Below are positions 1 through 22,504 of a stretch of DNA of 64,000 nt, one piece after another. How positions within the stretch are numbered: the stretch's first letter is position 1; the number at the start of each line of letters is the position of its first letter. Location of the stretch: assembly GCF_009914755.1 (NCBI RefSeq), contig NC_060940.1. One strand, written 5' to 3'. Origin of the DNA: the human T2T-CHM13v2.0 reference genome, Homo sapiens. Below the pieces are notes generated by a model. It saw only the letters and a program-made list of their open reading frames with translations. It was not told where the DNA came from and did not search any database. A program made the translations under genes and the position numbers.

Positions 1-11
1 CTCTCCTACAG

Positions 12-94
12 ACCAGAAGGACGGCTACCGCAAAAACGAGGGCTACATGCGCCGCGGTGGCTACCGCCAGCAGCAGTCTCAGACGGCCTACTGA
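12..94 (+). CDS. EIF3C: Terminal coding exon of eukaryotic translation initiation factor 3 subunit C (EIF3C; EIF3CL cannot be excluded)
   Basis: Acceptor ctcctacAG at 10-11; reads (D)[26 protein letters not shown] with TGA at 92-94, the recalled eIF3c C-terminus. Confidence 0.9.
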
Positions 95-205
95 GCTCTC
101 CACTCTGTTTCCCGCCTGGGCCATCCAACCTTGAAGTCCTAAACCACACCTCAGTCACTAAAGGTCTGTTTAAAGTTGTTCTGGTTGATTGCTTGTTGCC
201 ACAAA
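95..205 (+). other. EIF3C: EIF3C 3' UTR / polyadenylation region (end approximate)
   Basis: Follows the stop codon. No AATAAA; only the variants ACTAAA (157-162) and TTTAAA (169-174), then GT-rich sequence. Confidence 0.55.
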
Positions 206-378
206 GGTGTGTTGAGCCCATTCATTTGCTGATTATACTTCTGAGCTGCTACCACATGACAGACACAAGGCTCAGATGAAGAGGTGAATTGAACACGTTC
301 CTGACCTCAAAGAGCCTGCTGCTTTTTGACATTTAACAGAAAATTATAGTAACATAAGTTATAATGGGTGTTTTAAAA

Positions 379-811
<433 letters not shown>

Positions 812-898
812 TCATAACAAGACAGGTGCCATCAGTAAGAGGGTGCATTGAGAGACTGGGCCTTTGCTCTGATATCTAAGCATGTGGTTATTTTCTGA

Positions 899-1415
<517 letters not shown>

Positions 1416-1634
1416 GATTGGAAATTTTTTTTAAATGATCCTTTACCACATTTGAGAAGCACTGATGTAGGCAGAGGGAAAAAGTGCAAGCTCAAAGGGT
1501 TGGAGAAGTGAGATAGTGGCATGATTAGTGTAACGCAGGTGTGGAGCATGTGCAGGAGATGCACTGAAGACTTACCCGGGCCGTCTCTTAAAACTTTCAA
1601 TGCTCTGGGTTTTTATAAACAAATTCACAGCTGG

Positions 1635-1720
1635 GGCTGGGCGCAGTGGCTCACACCTGAAATCCGAGCACTGTGGGAGGCCGAGGCAGGACGATCACTT
1701 GAGGCCAGTAGCAGGGCACA

Positions 1721-1724
<4 letters not shown>
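1635..1724 (+). repeat. Left part of the host Alu interrupted at SVA-1 (continues at 45772)
   Basis: Alu left-arm sequence ending at acaaaaa, immediately before the SVA poly-T. Confidence 0.75.
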
Positions 1725-3375
<1,651 letters not shown>

Positions 3376-3870
3376 ACGAAAATAAAACGGCATTTAGAGT
3401 TGAAAGCTTCGCCTTCCTCTCTGGATGGTGAGTCCTCACTCTCCCAGCAGCCCACACCTCTGCCTCAAACCTCCATGGCTCCCAAGAGTCTGGATAAAGC
3501 TAAGGAGTCTCAACGCACCCCAAGTCCTGGGGGTAGTCAGCCCCTCTCACCCCTCCCTCATCCTCTCACACAAGAGTTGTTTACTGTTCCTCCAGTTATG
3601 CCTGGTCACGCAGACACTCTGCTGCTCAAATGCCCTCACCCCATCCTCAGCCTGCTCCCAGGCCACCTCCCTCCAGAATCCACCCTGCCTGCCAGGTGGC
3701 CATAGGGACCCTCGCCATACTGTCTGCTTGTGGCAGTGCCCTCCGGCCTGGGGGGTCTTCCAGAGCAGATCTCTGGCCTAGTGCAGTGGCTCATGCCTGT
3801 AATCTCAGCACTTTCAGAGGCCAAGGCAGGTGGATCACCTGAGGTCAGGAGTTCGAGACCAGCCTTGCTA

Positions 3871-4253
<383 letters not shown>

Positions 4254-4484
4254 TCAGAGCCCTAGCAACAGCCCTATAGAGGGAGGGTTCTAGGTATGGG
4301 GCAGGCATGAGCACTGCTTATAACCAAGCAAAACACTCCCTCTGTGCCAACATAGGTGGGGCAGGTCACGCTGGGGTCTGTTTGCCCTGTCTGCCCGCTG
4401 CAGCCTCCTCGGGGAGGGCCAGGGTTGTCTGTGCATCCTGTGAGCCCCAGGGTCTATGTGCACATATGTGTGTCTGTGCTGCTC

Positions 4485-4518
<34 letters not shown>

Positions 4519-4520
4519 CA
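4485..4520. repeat. (TG)n/(TA)n microsatellite
   Basis: Read directly from the sequence. Confidence 0.9.
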
Positions 4521-5229
4521 CGGTACATCTGAATTGTCCTGAGTGCTGTCTCGGGTATCCTTGAGCTGTGTGTGCATGTGTCCCCCTAGCGGTATCTCAG
4601 TATTTTTGCCTGTGGGAGCTGCACACCTGAGGGCCAGGTGAGTCTGGGGCTGGTCCTGTGCCTGCGCATCTGTGTGCTGGCGGTGTCTGCATAGTATTCT
4701 GTGGCTACATGTATCTGTGCACCCCAGAAATGGGCAGTCACCCAGGAGACCTCTCTACAGTGACCCCAAATGATGGATAGTGAGATAGGGACAGTATGAT
4801 CTATATTTTTTTTTTGGTCACAGGGGTTTGTTGTACAGGGGCACAATATATTCTTCTCCCACCCCCAAGCCGGGCCCTTTCTGCCCCTGCTCCTCCCACC
4901 CTCTGGTGTCTCACATCTCAGGGATAGGTGGAATGAAGGATAAGTTCGCGGACCCCAGATCAGGACAAGCGGGAAGCTTCCGGGCTGCTGGAGAGGGTCA
5001 CAGCCGGTTAGGGGAGGGAGCCAGGAGAGGACTCTGTGGCCCCGGGGAAGGGCTGGGCTAGTTCTGGGTCCCTGGGAGGAGTGAGTGGGGGGCCCTGCAG
5101 AGGGCTGGGACCCAGAGTGTGGGTGAGCATTAGAAGAGCGAGCTGGGGGCTCTAGGGCAACTAGGAACTTGAAGAGGGATGGGAGGCAGGGCTGCTGGGT
5201 CCCTAGGAAGGGCTGGAGGAATCCCGGAA

Positions 5230-5700
5230 CGCCTGAGTTCCGGGAAAGCCCCTTCCTCACTTACCCTCGCCGGACCTGGGGCCAGGTTCAAGCAGCAGCA
5301 GCAGCAGCTACGGGAGCCGCAGGAGCAGCTTGATTGGCAGGCGCACAGGTAGCGGCCCCATCGGAGGGTGGCAGAGGTGGGGCGGTGCTGCCGGGCCGCC
5401 GGAGGCAGCAAGCCCAGCGGACACACACCCTGGATGCCACGCCTCGGCCCGGCCCTCGACCTCACCTTCCCTCGGGGCCCAGGCGGAACCAGCTAGGGGT
5501 GGGCACCTGGGGTGGCGCAAAGGCATCCTGATCTCTGCATCTTGGTCACTGAAGGGGCTCGAGAGGCCGCGGGGCGCTGGGGACAGGACCGGGAGTCAGG
5601 CCCAGGAAAGTCTCCTCGGAATAAGGGAGGAAAAGGCGCTCTTTTGATGTTATTATTCCCCCAGCCCCTCCCCCGCTCACCTGGGCGCCCAAAGGGGACA
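5230..5700 (-). promoter_or_regulatory. CpG-rich promoter region duplicated with PLA2G10 exon 1
   Basis: High GC and CpG density with GC-box-like motifs around and upstream of exon 1. Confidence 0.55.
5265..5361 (-). pseudogene. PLA2G10P: PLA2G10 (group X secreted phospholipase A2) pseudogene, exon 1 (signal peptide)
   Basis: Reads MGPLPVRLPIKLLLRLP*LLLLLLEPGPRSGE(G)|gtaagt versus recalled PLA2G10 MGPLPVCLPIMLLLLLPSLLLLLLLPGPGSGEA. In-frame TAG at 5308-5310; phase-1 donor at 5263-5264. Confidence 0.9.
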
Positions 5701-5745
5701 GAAGACTTGGAGGAGGGGTAGTCCTGAATTTACTTTAGCATTTTA

Positions 5746-8885
<3,140 letters not shown>

Positions 8886-9085
8886 AGGGAGAGAGAATGG
8901 AGGTTGCCTGTTACTGCATCATAATCTTGTTTATGCTGACTGATGCATTAGAGGTACTAATGGCATGAGAGGAACAATTTCCTGAGACACAGTTTACTGA
9001 CCATGAATTTCCTCAAAACCCCAGAGAGCAGGCTTCTCAGGAGGAGACTCAGTGTGGAATCCCTTGCCAAGGTAGACCCTGGTTC

Positions 9086-9566
9086 TGTAGCAGGACGAGC
9101 CGCAGACAAATCTCCTCAAGACACCGGATTAAAGAAGGAAAAGGTTTATTTGGCCAGGAGCGTCAGCAGATTTGTGTCTTAAGACCCGAGCTCCCCGAAA
9201 AAGAAATTCTTGGCCTTTTTAAAGGCTTACAACTTTAAAGGGTCCACGTGAAAGTGTCGTGATAAATCGAGCAAGCATGGGGAAGGTGAGTGGGGGCTAC
9301 ATGCATCAGCTAACAGAACAGAAAGCTTTGCAATGCTTTTTCATACAAGGTCTGGAATTTACAGATAACACAAGTAGTTTAGGTCAGGGGTTGATGTCAT
9401 TATTATTATTATTTTTAACTCCTGTGGCAGGTGGTGGTGCCAAGGTGTCTGGCTACTTATCTTACTTTTGTTTCTAAATTTTTGCTTTCTCTCTTTCCTC
9501 CTGTCTTGTGAACTAGGCAAGATGGTGGGAGGAGGGCAGCCGGAGTAGTAGTGGTCTCCTTCCTTA
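9086..9566 (-). mobile_element. Solo LTR2B (HERV-E/Harlequin family) inserted into a MIR
   Basis: Minus strand begins taaggaaggagaccactactact and ends gcggctcgtcctgctaca. Exact 4-bp TSD GTTC at 9082-9085 and 9567-9570; MIR-like sequence continues to ~9660. Confidence 0.85.
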
Positions 9567-9695
9567 GTTCAGGTTCCAGCTACAAACACTTACCACCTGT
9601 GAGACCTTGGGCAGTTCACATCCCCTCTCTGTGGCTCAGTCTGCTCAACTGTAAAATAGGTTAAATCCTGAAAGATCAAAATCCCTCACATCTAA

Positions 9696-10051
<356 letters not shown>

Positions 10052-10299
10052 TAGTGGCACGATCTCAGCTCACTGAAACCTTCGCCTCCTGGGTTCAAGC
10101 AATTCTCTGTCTTGGCCTCCCGAGTAGCTGGAATTACAGGCGTCCGCCACTACGCTGGCTAAGTTTTGCATTTTTAGTAGAGACGGGGTTTCATCATCTT
10201 GGCCAGGCTGGTCTTGAACTCCTGACCTCGTAATCCACCCGCCTAGGCCTCTCAAAGTGCTGTGATTACAGGCATGAGCCATTGTGTCTGACCCCTTAC

Positions 10300-13225
<2,926 letters not shown>

Positions 13226-14555
13226 ATGAAATCCTTCCTTTCCAATATTATAAAGTCACCATTTTCCCGTTTCCCTCCTGTCACCCTTGCTGTGTTTGGG
13301 CCAAGCAGGGCAGGCAGGACCCAGAACTTGATGTGGCCAGGTGAGGCCAGAGCCTCTCTAGGCTGCTCAAGAAATCTGCGCTGAGGTCCTTGGTCTGCAG
13401 GGAGAACCAAATCCCCATCGATGACCCCACAAAACACTGTTAGGTAAACCACAGTGTGAAACAGCTTGAGAAATAGAATCTGTGTCATATCCAACATTTA
13501 CTCACACTCATGATTGCGAGACTGGGATACCTAAGCAGGAGGAACCAGAAGAGCACCCTCTTCCCCTGCATGTCCAGGTCCCCTTTAGGTCACCTAGGGC
13601 ATGTGGCTGGAAGCAGGGGCTTCTGGATAGGGGCAGGCTATGGTCGGGGACAGTGGGGGTGGTGGGCCCTGGGCAGTAGGGGTGGTGGTGTTAGTGAAAG
13701 GTCTGAGGCAGGGCAGAGATCAGGAGGAATGGCATTCCAGCAGGATTCAGAGATAGGCCAGTAGGTCGGCAGACACAGGAGCAGGTGGCCTGGGACTCAG
13801 AGGAGCAGCTGGAGTTGGAGGAGAAGGGCCCTGCTTTCCTCCAGTCTTCTTCTGTTTGGGTGCTGCATTAGCACCCCACTGCACCCCCAACCCCTGTCCC
13901 TCCCCTTCCCTCACTCCCTGAGTCTTAGAACCCATTCCTTCATCCCCAGCATGCACCTTCTTCTTTTTTTTTTTTTTGAAACAGAATCTCATTCTTGTTG
14001 CCCAGGCTGCAATGGAGTGGCACGATCTCAGCTCACTGCAACTCCCACCTCCCAGGTTCAAGCAATTCTCCCTGCCTCAGCCTCCCAAGTAGCTGGGATT
14101 ACGGGTGCACACCACCACTCCTGGCTAATTTTTGTATTTTTAGTAGAGATGGGGTTTCGCCATGTTGGCCAGGCTGGTCTCGAACTCCTGACCTCAGGTG
14201 ATCTGCCCGCCTCGGCCTCCCAAGGTGCTGGGATTACAGGCGTGAGCCACAGTACCCAGCCGCAGCATGCACCTTCTTAAGGACAGTTCCTTTCTGGATC
14301 CTTCCTAGGGTTCTGATTTCTAATCCTTCCTAACCCAGCTCACTGCCCCCCACCACCACCCTCCATCCCCCCATTCTGCCTCAGTTTCTCCTTTCCTGAT
14401 TCCCACAATTTCCAGCAATCAGTCTTGGCCTCAGATTCCTGTCCTTCAGGTTCCAGTGTTCCTTGGGTCCTCTCTCTCCTGTGATCCTCTCTGATTAGGG
14501 GTGGGAGGGTGTGAGTTGGAATTAAACCCAGCCTTTATTGGAGTCCTAGGGCTGG

Positions 14556-15174
14556 ATTCTGCATTGTGCTCTGCTGTGTCATTGCACCTTCTCGTTTCCG
14601 CTCTTTCTGACTTGCTTCATCCTCTTCATACTCTAAGCTCAGCCAGCGCATGTTGACCCCACCGGTGGAGCGCCGCTCCTTCCCACCTGCTGCTTCTCCT
14701 TCTCCATCTCCACCTCTCCATCTTCTGCTCCTGGCCATTCCTGGCACGGGGACCCGAGCTCTGAGCTCTTGCCTTTTTCTGGGGCACCGTCTTCTCCTTC
14801 TCGTCACCCCGGGCAGTGCCCCTGGGCTCCTCGGCTGCTGCGGGCCTGGGCCACCCGTGTCAGCGCGGCCCTGCTGACAGCGCAGTTCACACCCGGGGCG
14901 GCCGCGGCAGGTGCAGTGCGAGGGGCGCCACCTGTAGGCTGGTGTGGGCACTGCCTAGAGGTTGCTGTGGCGCCGTCTGGAGGTTGCCGTGGCTCTCGTT
15001 GGCGCCCAGCGCCGCGCCCGGGGCTTCATGGCTGTGTCGGTGCTGCCCCCTCCCAGGGCCGCAGGGCCCGGGTTCCACTTGGCGGCGTCTTCTCGCGAGT
15101 CGCTTTCGCTGCTCCAAGAAGTCGGCGGTGCAGCAACTGACGCCGCTGCTGCTCCGGTCGCCGCAGGTCGCCAT
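14556..15174 (-). pseudogene. PAWRP: Processed, 3'-truncated PAWR (Par-4) pseudogene; GC-rich 5' UTR-like sequence extends to ~15330-15450
   Basis: ATG at 15172-15174. MATCGDRSSSG...ADFLEQ and KERRSTGGVNM...EYEEDEASQKERKREGAMTQQSTMQN match recalled PAWR (MATGGYRTSSG..TDFLEEW; EKRRSTGVVNI..EYEDDEAGQKERKREDAITQQNTIQN). Frameshifted, with no intron. Confidence 0.9.
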
Positions 15175-15450
15175 ATTCCTCGCGGGGGCCGGCCGGGCTC
15201 TCGGCTCAGGCCGCCCACCCTGCTCCGGCCGCCGCCGCCTCTCCGTTCCCGCAGCCAGAGGAGGCGAGGGAGCGACCTCCAGGCACTGGGCGCCCGCCGC
15301 TTCCCCAGCAGCCGGCGGGGCGGGGAAGAAAGACGCCAGGAAGCGGAAGGCCCCCGCCGGCCCGAGGGTCGCCCGGGGCTGTGCCCCATGGTTCCTGGCA
15401 CGCGAGCAGCTGCTGGGACCCCCCCTTGCCAAGTTGCTCCCCGAAAAGCT
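14800..15450. promoter_or_regulatory. CpG island carried by the PAWR retrocopy
   Basis: Very high CpG density, ~1.6 kb upstream of the NPIP MVKL exon. Confidence 0.55.
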
Positions 15451-16208
15451 CTAAGGTTCTCAGGCCTGCAGGGAGTGACAGTTTCCCCCTGACTGTAACG
15501 TAAGGCTGCAAACTCGAAGCCAGGAATTTTCTGCATATTCTTAAATAGGATGTTTCAGTCAAAGCCTTGATAATATAACCAATCTTTCTGATTGTAGCCT
15601 GCTTATAAAGAGAACATATGTACATGAAAATAAGAATATTTATGAATAGTTTCCAAACTTTAGAAGGATCAGATAGGGAGGAAAAACAAACGCTTCCACC
15701 CACCTTTGTTCACAAAAGTGTGCTTTACCAAATCGGTGTAAATTCTAGATAACTTCTGAGAAAAACCTTTCTTCAATCTAGAAAACAAAACAAGGGCCGG
15801 GCGCGGCGGCTCAAGCCTGTAATCCCAGCACTTTGGGAGGCCCAGGCAGGGGGTGATCACCTGAAATCGAGAGTTGGAGACCAGCCTGGCCAACATGGTG
15901 AAACCCCGGTCTCTGCTACAAATACAAAAACTAGCTGGGCGTGGTGGCGGGCGCCTGTAATCCCAGCTACTCGGGAGGGTGAGGCAGGAGAATTGCTTGA
16001 ACTGAGCGGAGATCCTGCCACTGCACTCCAGCCTGGGTGACAGAGTGAGACTCTGTCTCAAAATAAAAATAAAGAATGAATCAACAATGTTTTAAATACC
16101 AGTTATAAAAACATTATCGTAATAGATTTTTTTGTTTTGCTTGATCTCGCTTAGCAGTTTTTTGAACCATTTTTTCCTTATTAGAAACCACTAGAAATTG
16201 GTTTTTAG

Positions 16209-16544
<336 letters not shown>

Positions 16545-17054
16545 TGATTCGACAAGTGTTTATTGAGCACCTGCCACGGACAAGGCCTTGTGTGATTAAA
16601 TAGGGTTATAATTAGTAATATAAAAATGAGAAATCACTAATGCTTTTTAGACTTAACATTTTCTTTTTTTGTAGGTTTCAGGCACAGAACTGTATATCCA
16701 ATAATAGTGAAATGGATCCCACTAATTATGACAGAAATGATGATACATTTAAATGACTTGGATGTTTTATAGGTATGATCTCGTGAAACCTTGAGAGAAA
16801 CTGAATGACGAATGAAACTATTGTTCCTGTTTCACACAGAAGAAAACTGAGGTTAAAAGGGGTAAAGTAATTTTGCATGGCATGAAGTAGAAATTCAAAG
16901 TACAGGAATTTGAACTTGGTTCTGTCCTTTTCTGAAGCCCTTGACCACTATAGACTCAAACATCACCTTGTTTTTCCACTCATTCAACACTTTTTTTTTT
17001 TTAAATTATCTAATAGGTTGGCACTCATGATGAGCCGCTGTTCTCATTCTGCAA

Positions 17055-17174
17055 ATGGTGAAGCTCTCTATTGTCCTGACCCCACAGTTCCTGTCGCATG
17101 ACCAGAGCCAGCTCACCAAGGAGCTGCAGCAGCATGTAAAGTCAGTGACATGCCCATGCGAGTACCTGAGGAAG
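17055..17174 (+). CDS. NPIPB9: NPIP alternative first coding exon (MVKL), derived from an ACSM1-type penultimate exon
   Basis: [40 protein letters not shown]|gtgagt, 120 nt, phase 0. Resembles recalled ACSM1 [40 protein letters not shown]. Confidence 0.8.
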
Positions 17175-17560
17175 GTGAGTGAGTGCAGACAGATGGGGCC
17201 TGGTGCCCTTGAGCAGTTCCCGGGTCTCAGCTGCCACACATCTCATATCGGGTGATGCTGGGGGAAGCTTACGCAGTCACAGTACTGGCTTCTTCCTCTT
17301 TTTCTTTCCATACAAGTGGCTTAGGGATGGGGTAGAGTAGTTGACTTATTTGGATGAAAACCACTATCTTCTGTCAGAAACTCAAAAGGAATCATTGCTG
17401 GCATGGTAACCTAAAGAAAAACAACCAGACAAGTGCCCAACAACACTTAAAAAGGTTATTTATTATCTTGCCAGGTTTAGGCTGGGCATGGTGACTCATG
17501 CCTGTAATCCCAGCATTTTGGGAGGCTGAGGCTGGTGGATCACCTGAGGCCAGGACTTCA

Positions 17561-17773
<213 letters not shown>

Positions 17774-18086
17774 TTATCCTGCAAAATTTGAAAAGGAAAT
17801 TCAAATCAACAGCTTCTAAACTACTTTTTAACATGACTCATAATAAGAAATACATTCTATAGTACATATATATGTTCTATAATTTTGAATAAAAGAATTA
17901 ACCACATCACATTTATTTTACAACATGTAATACATATTTTTTATTCTCCTTCATTTGTTTTGAATGCTCTGTTTAGTCTACAAAAAGTCCAATAGTAATA
18001 ATTAAATTAGTCATTAAGTTGAACATTATCTTGTCTTTTAAAATGATAATCTCAAAAATGATCTTTTATTTTTGAGATTTATATAG

Positions 18087-18087
<1 letters not shown>

Positions 18088-18143
<56 letters not shown>

Positions 18144-18150
18144 GAGAGAG
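18088..18150. repeat. (AC)n(AT)(AG)n microsatellite in an Alu tail
   Basis: Read directly from the sequence. Confidence 0.9.
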
Positions 18151-18901
18151 AGACAGAGTTTCACTCTGTCGCCCAGGCTGGAGTGCAGTGGCACAATCTT
18201 GGCTCACTGCAACCTCCGTCTCCCGGGTTCAAGCAATTCCTCTGCCTCAGCCTCTGAGTAGCTGGGACTACAGGTGTGCACCATCATGCCCAGCTAATTT
18301 TTGTATTCTTAGTAGAGATGGGGTTTCACCATATTGGCCAGGCTCGTGTCAACTCCTGACCTCGTAATCTGCCCACCGTGGCCTCCCAAAGTGCTGGGAC
18401 TATAGGTGTGAGCCACTGCACCCGGTCCAAGATAAAATTATTTTAACAATATACTATGAAGAGAAAAACACTGGCTATGAAAGAATATGCATAGTTTTAC
18501 CCTGTTTAAAAATAAAGATTGAAAGAATACATATGCAAATAAGTTTACTTTTATTTTTGGTAATACTTTACTGGATTGTCTGAATATTGACAATCAGTAT
18601 GCATCATGAAGCTACATGGCTAACATTGAGTACTGACTGTGTGTGCCAGGCCCTGGGTTCAATGCTCTACATGCACTTATATTTCATTTAATTCTCTCTG
18701 CAACCTGAGATGGTATAGCCACCTCATTTTACAGAGTTGAAACTGAGGCTCAGAGACTGAAAGTTAAGCCTGAGGTTACAGTCAATAAGAGGCAGAGCTG
18801 GAACTGAAACCTACGTGTGTCTGACCACCAGTTCCTGTTCTGACGGCACGCTAGTCTGCATCACAGAGTGTGGGGTAGATGGTGCATGCCTGCTAGGATG
18901 G

Positions 18902-19255
18902 GCTAGGTATCACTGTAGGTAAGAAACAGCCCCAAACGATGGAAATGTACACCACTGAAGGCTCTTTTCCTGCCCATGCTGCACATCCTCCATGGCTCTC
19001 CTGTGCCCTGTGCCCCACATGCCCTCATCCTGCCACGAGAATAAAGGAGCAGCCTCCATATGGGAGCTGTCAGCTGCTCTAAGAGATGAAGGAGAGGGTG
19101 GCCAGTCTCAATGGCTCCCAACTCTTTTGCCTCGAGGTGACACGCTTCACTTCCACTCACATCTCTTGGGTCAAAGCAAATCCCATGGGTACATCCACTT
19201 TCAAGTGGCCCAAGAGAGAACCTGAAATACTCGGTGGACTCCATTAAGGCTGTCA
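18902..19255. mobile_element. Probable MLT1 (MaLR) LTR relic
   Basis: Motifs such as cacttccactcacatctcttgggtcaaagcaaatcccatgg resemble MLT1 LTRs. Confidence 0.4.
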
Positions 19256-19367
19256 TATGGTGTCAGCCTGCATGGGAGACTGTGGAGGGGCAGAGGAGGA
19301 GAGTGGGGAACTGATGGGAAATGACAGGAGGACTAAGTCACCGCAGATTTGCTTTATCCTCAGCCAG

Positions 19368-19454
19368 GTGGAGTTTGTCCCAGAGCTGCACAAAATCATC
19401 ACCAGCATGATGAAACAGAGTAGACTTCAGAAAAAGCAGTTTGGTCGGATGTAA
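19368..19454 (+). pseudogene. ACSM1-like: ACSM1-like terminal exon relic with intact acceptor and open frame
   Basis: ccAG|VEFVPELHKIITSMMKQSRLQKKQFGRM* versus recalled ACSM1 [28 protein letters not shown]. Confidence 0.8.
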
Positions 19455-20697
19455 TCAGCAGTGAACTCAGAATCAATTGAGTGACATTGAGTCAGTAAAT
19501 CTCTGACTGCCTCAGTTACCCCATATGATAGTTTTGAGGATGGGAACATTGAGAGAGTTGATTTGGAAGGATATCAAGAGTAAAAATTCCAACATTTTTA
19601 GTTCCTTTAAGTTAAATCCAGGCACTGTCTTTCCTGCAAGTCTCCTGTTCCTTTCAGATTGCACAGGTGAGAGTGCTCAGATTAGGGCTGGAGGTTGTAA
19701 ACTATTGCTCCCACACTGACAGTGCCCCCGTGTCGTGCATGTATTCTGTGCATTTTCCTGTGCTAAACACTCTCCCAAAACAGCGTGGGGCCTGATTCTT
19801 CCTCTTTGTTCCAATGGCCCTGGGTGACTCAAGTGCCCATTCAATGACCAGGACACAGAGGTCTTAGAGAGATGCTCCATGAGGCCCCAGGTGCGAGCCT
19901 GTACCCTGCCGGAGCATGAGGCAAGGGACAGGGCATCGTCTGTGGGGATAGTGGGGGTAGTGGTCAGCCAGGCTTGGTGACTCTACTTGCTCACCAGATG
20001 ATCCTACACCTGCCACCTCCGATGGATCCACTGCCTCTGTGCCTGCCTGTACTGCTGATGCTCCAGTGGATAACTCAGCATCCCAGCCTAGGCCCAATGC
20101 CACTGAAGATGGACCTGCACCCTGGGGACCCAGGAGTCCTACCACTCAGCTGTCCCCAGGAGTGCCCAGACCCTCATTCTTATCCAGGACCTAGGAGCCC
20201 TACCCCTGGCCTTCCCTCATCAGCCGTAAATGATGATTTACTGCTGTTACCATCATCACTGCCTTCAGTGACCAAGGGCCTTCCAAGGTGCCAGCTCTGG
20301 AACGAAAGATGCCCTTGGGAGGTGATGACACTCAGGTACACGGGTGCTCAACAGATTGCTTCCTCCTATCCTCAGACGGTCTTTGCATGCATGCAGCCAT
20401 TGGCACTCCCATTGTATGGAAGGAAACCAGCCCAGGGTCACACAGCTGGTCAGCAGCAACATAGCTGGTCTCAAATCTAAGGTGCCTGGCCATGCCTCCA
20501 TGAGGGACCGCCTGCAAGGGAGGTTGATCCTGGCTTTGGGGAGCCTTTCCTGGGCTGCACGAATAACCTCCATTGTTCGAGACCCCAAACTCTGCTCACA
20601 TCTTCCTTTCCCTGTCTCTGCTTGGGCTATGATCACGGTGACTCTAGCAACCCTTCATGGACATTATAATACTCTCTGCCATTCACTTTTGGTCTAA

Positions 20698-21049
<352 letters not shown>

Positions 21050-21169
21050 TGAGCCACCATGCCCAGCCAAATCTAGGGCTGGAACATGGCTGCAGCATAT
21101 AAATAGAATTGAATTCCATAGTTTTGTTAACCCTGTTTTTTGTTTGTTTGTAGTTGTTGCTGTTTTTGA

Positions 21170-21313
<144 letters not shown>

Positions 21314-22441
21314 TAATTTTTATATTTTATTAGAGACAGGGTTTCACCATATTGGCCAGGCTGGTCTGGAACTCCTGACCTTGTGATCCGCCGACCTCGG
21401 CCTCCCAAAGTGCTGGGATTACAGGCGTGAGCCACCACACCCAGCCCCTGTTTTGTTTTTGTTTTGCTTGTTTCTTAGGGTTGTTTTTCTATTTATGGTA
21501 AAGACATTGGCTTTCCATTTGTAGCATCAATAGAATATTTCCTGTTTACAATAACCTTATGTCATAGTAAATGGTAAAGGGATTTAAAGCAGTGGTTTTC
21601 AGCTCCCAGAGGCCTGAGTGAGTTTGGGCACACTCTGTGTGATCAGGCAGAAGGCCTGTGGGAAGTTTAGCTGAGGACAGGGCCAGGAAAGGTGATGGAC
21701 AGTGGGGGTCTGTCCTGGTCACCAGACCCCTGCGTCCTGCCCACCTGCTTGGAGCTCCCCACCCATCACACATGATGCTGCCAAGCCCTCTGGGTATTGT
21801 GGGCAAATACCTTAGGAGAGAAGCTGATGAACTTTGTTTCTTGAAATGCACAGATTCCTTGGACATCCCTGAGAGGTCAATCATGAAGGTCAACTTGGTT
21901 TTCTCCCCCTCATTTGGGTTCAGAATTTAAAGTCCACACACACAGGCAGTAAGATGATTATAGATAAGGACATCATCACTCGGTTTCGGATGTTAAAATG
22001 TCTAGGTGGGTTAGGGGTGATTTGAGATCACACAACCTTGTGCCACAAAGAGGAATTCCCAGGCCAGAGGGAGACATTTTATTGCCATGTTATGATCTTA
22101 TCATTGAGTTGAAAGGCAATCTTGTTTCATTTTGGATTCTTTCTTATGTTTATGTCTTATAAGGGCACTTTGAATTTCCAAGCAAATAATAATTTTGAAT
22201 TAGCTTTTAATCATTGACTTCTAGCACAGTTATATGATCAGAAACGTGCTGTGTGATTTGATTGCTCTCAAATATATTGAGATTTGCTGGAACAAAATAA
22301 GTCAGGTTAATTTTTGTAAATGTACCATGCATGCTTAAAATGAATGTATCTACATTTGTTCCTGAGATACAGGTTGATGGACGGATGGCTACATGGATGT
22401 GATGGAGATGGTTTACTATCGGGACCTTCCGCACCCTGCTG

Positions 22442-22504
22442 ATGTTTTGTTGCTTAGGATATGAATGGCTGAGCGGAGGCTGTAAAACCTGGCACTCTGC
22501 TTGG
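22442..22504 (+). CDS. NPIPB9: NPIP alternative first coding exon, NPIPA type (MFCC)
   Basis: [21 protein letters not shown]|gtatga, 63 nt, phase 0; same as the recalled NPIPA1 N-terminus. Confidence 0.75.

Noticed and set aside
4586-5260. 224-aa minus-strand ORF
   Set aside because: Lies in PLA2G10P intron 1 just past the donor, starts at a non-ATG codon and has no recognisable homology.
13240-13447. Exon-like pieces (ccag|gtgagg; ctgcag|ggag...ttag|gtaaac)
   Set aside because: No recognisable protein and no further support, so a call cannot be justified.
14769-15703. Stack of 120-212-aa ORFs on both strands
   Set aside because: By-product of the GC-rich, frameshifted PAWR retrocopy.
19974-20480. 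168-aa proline-rich ORF
   Set aside because: Non-ATG start, runs into MIR-like sequence, with no homology or splice support.
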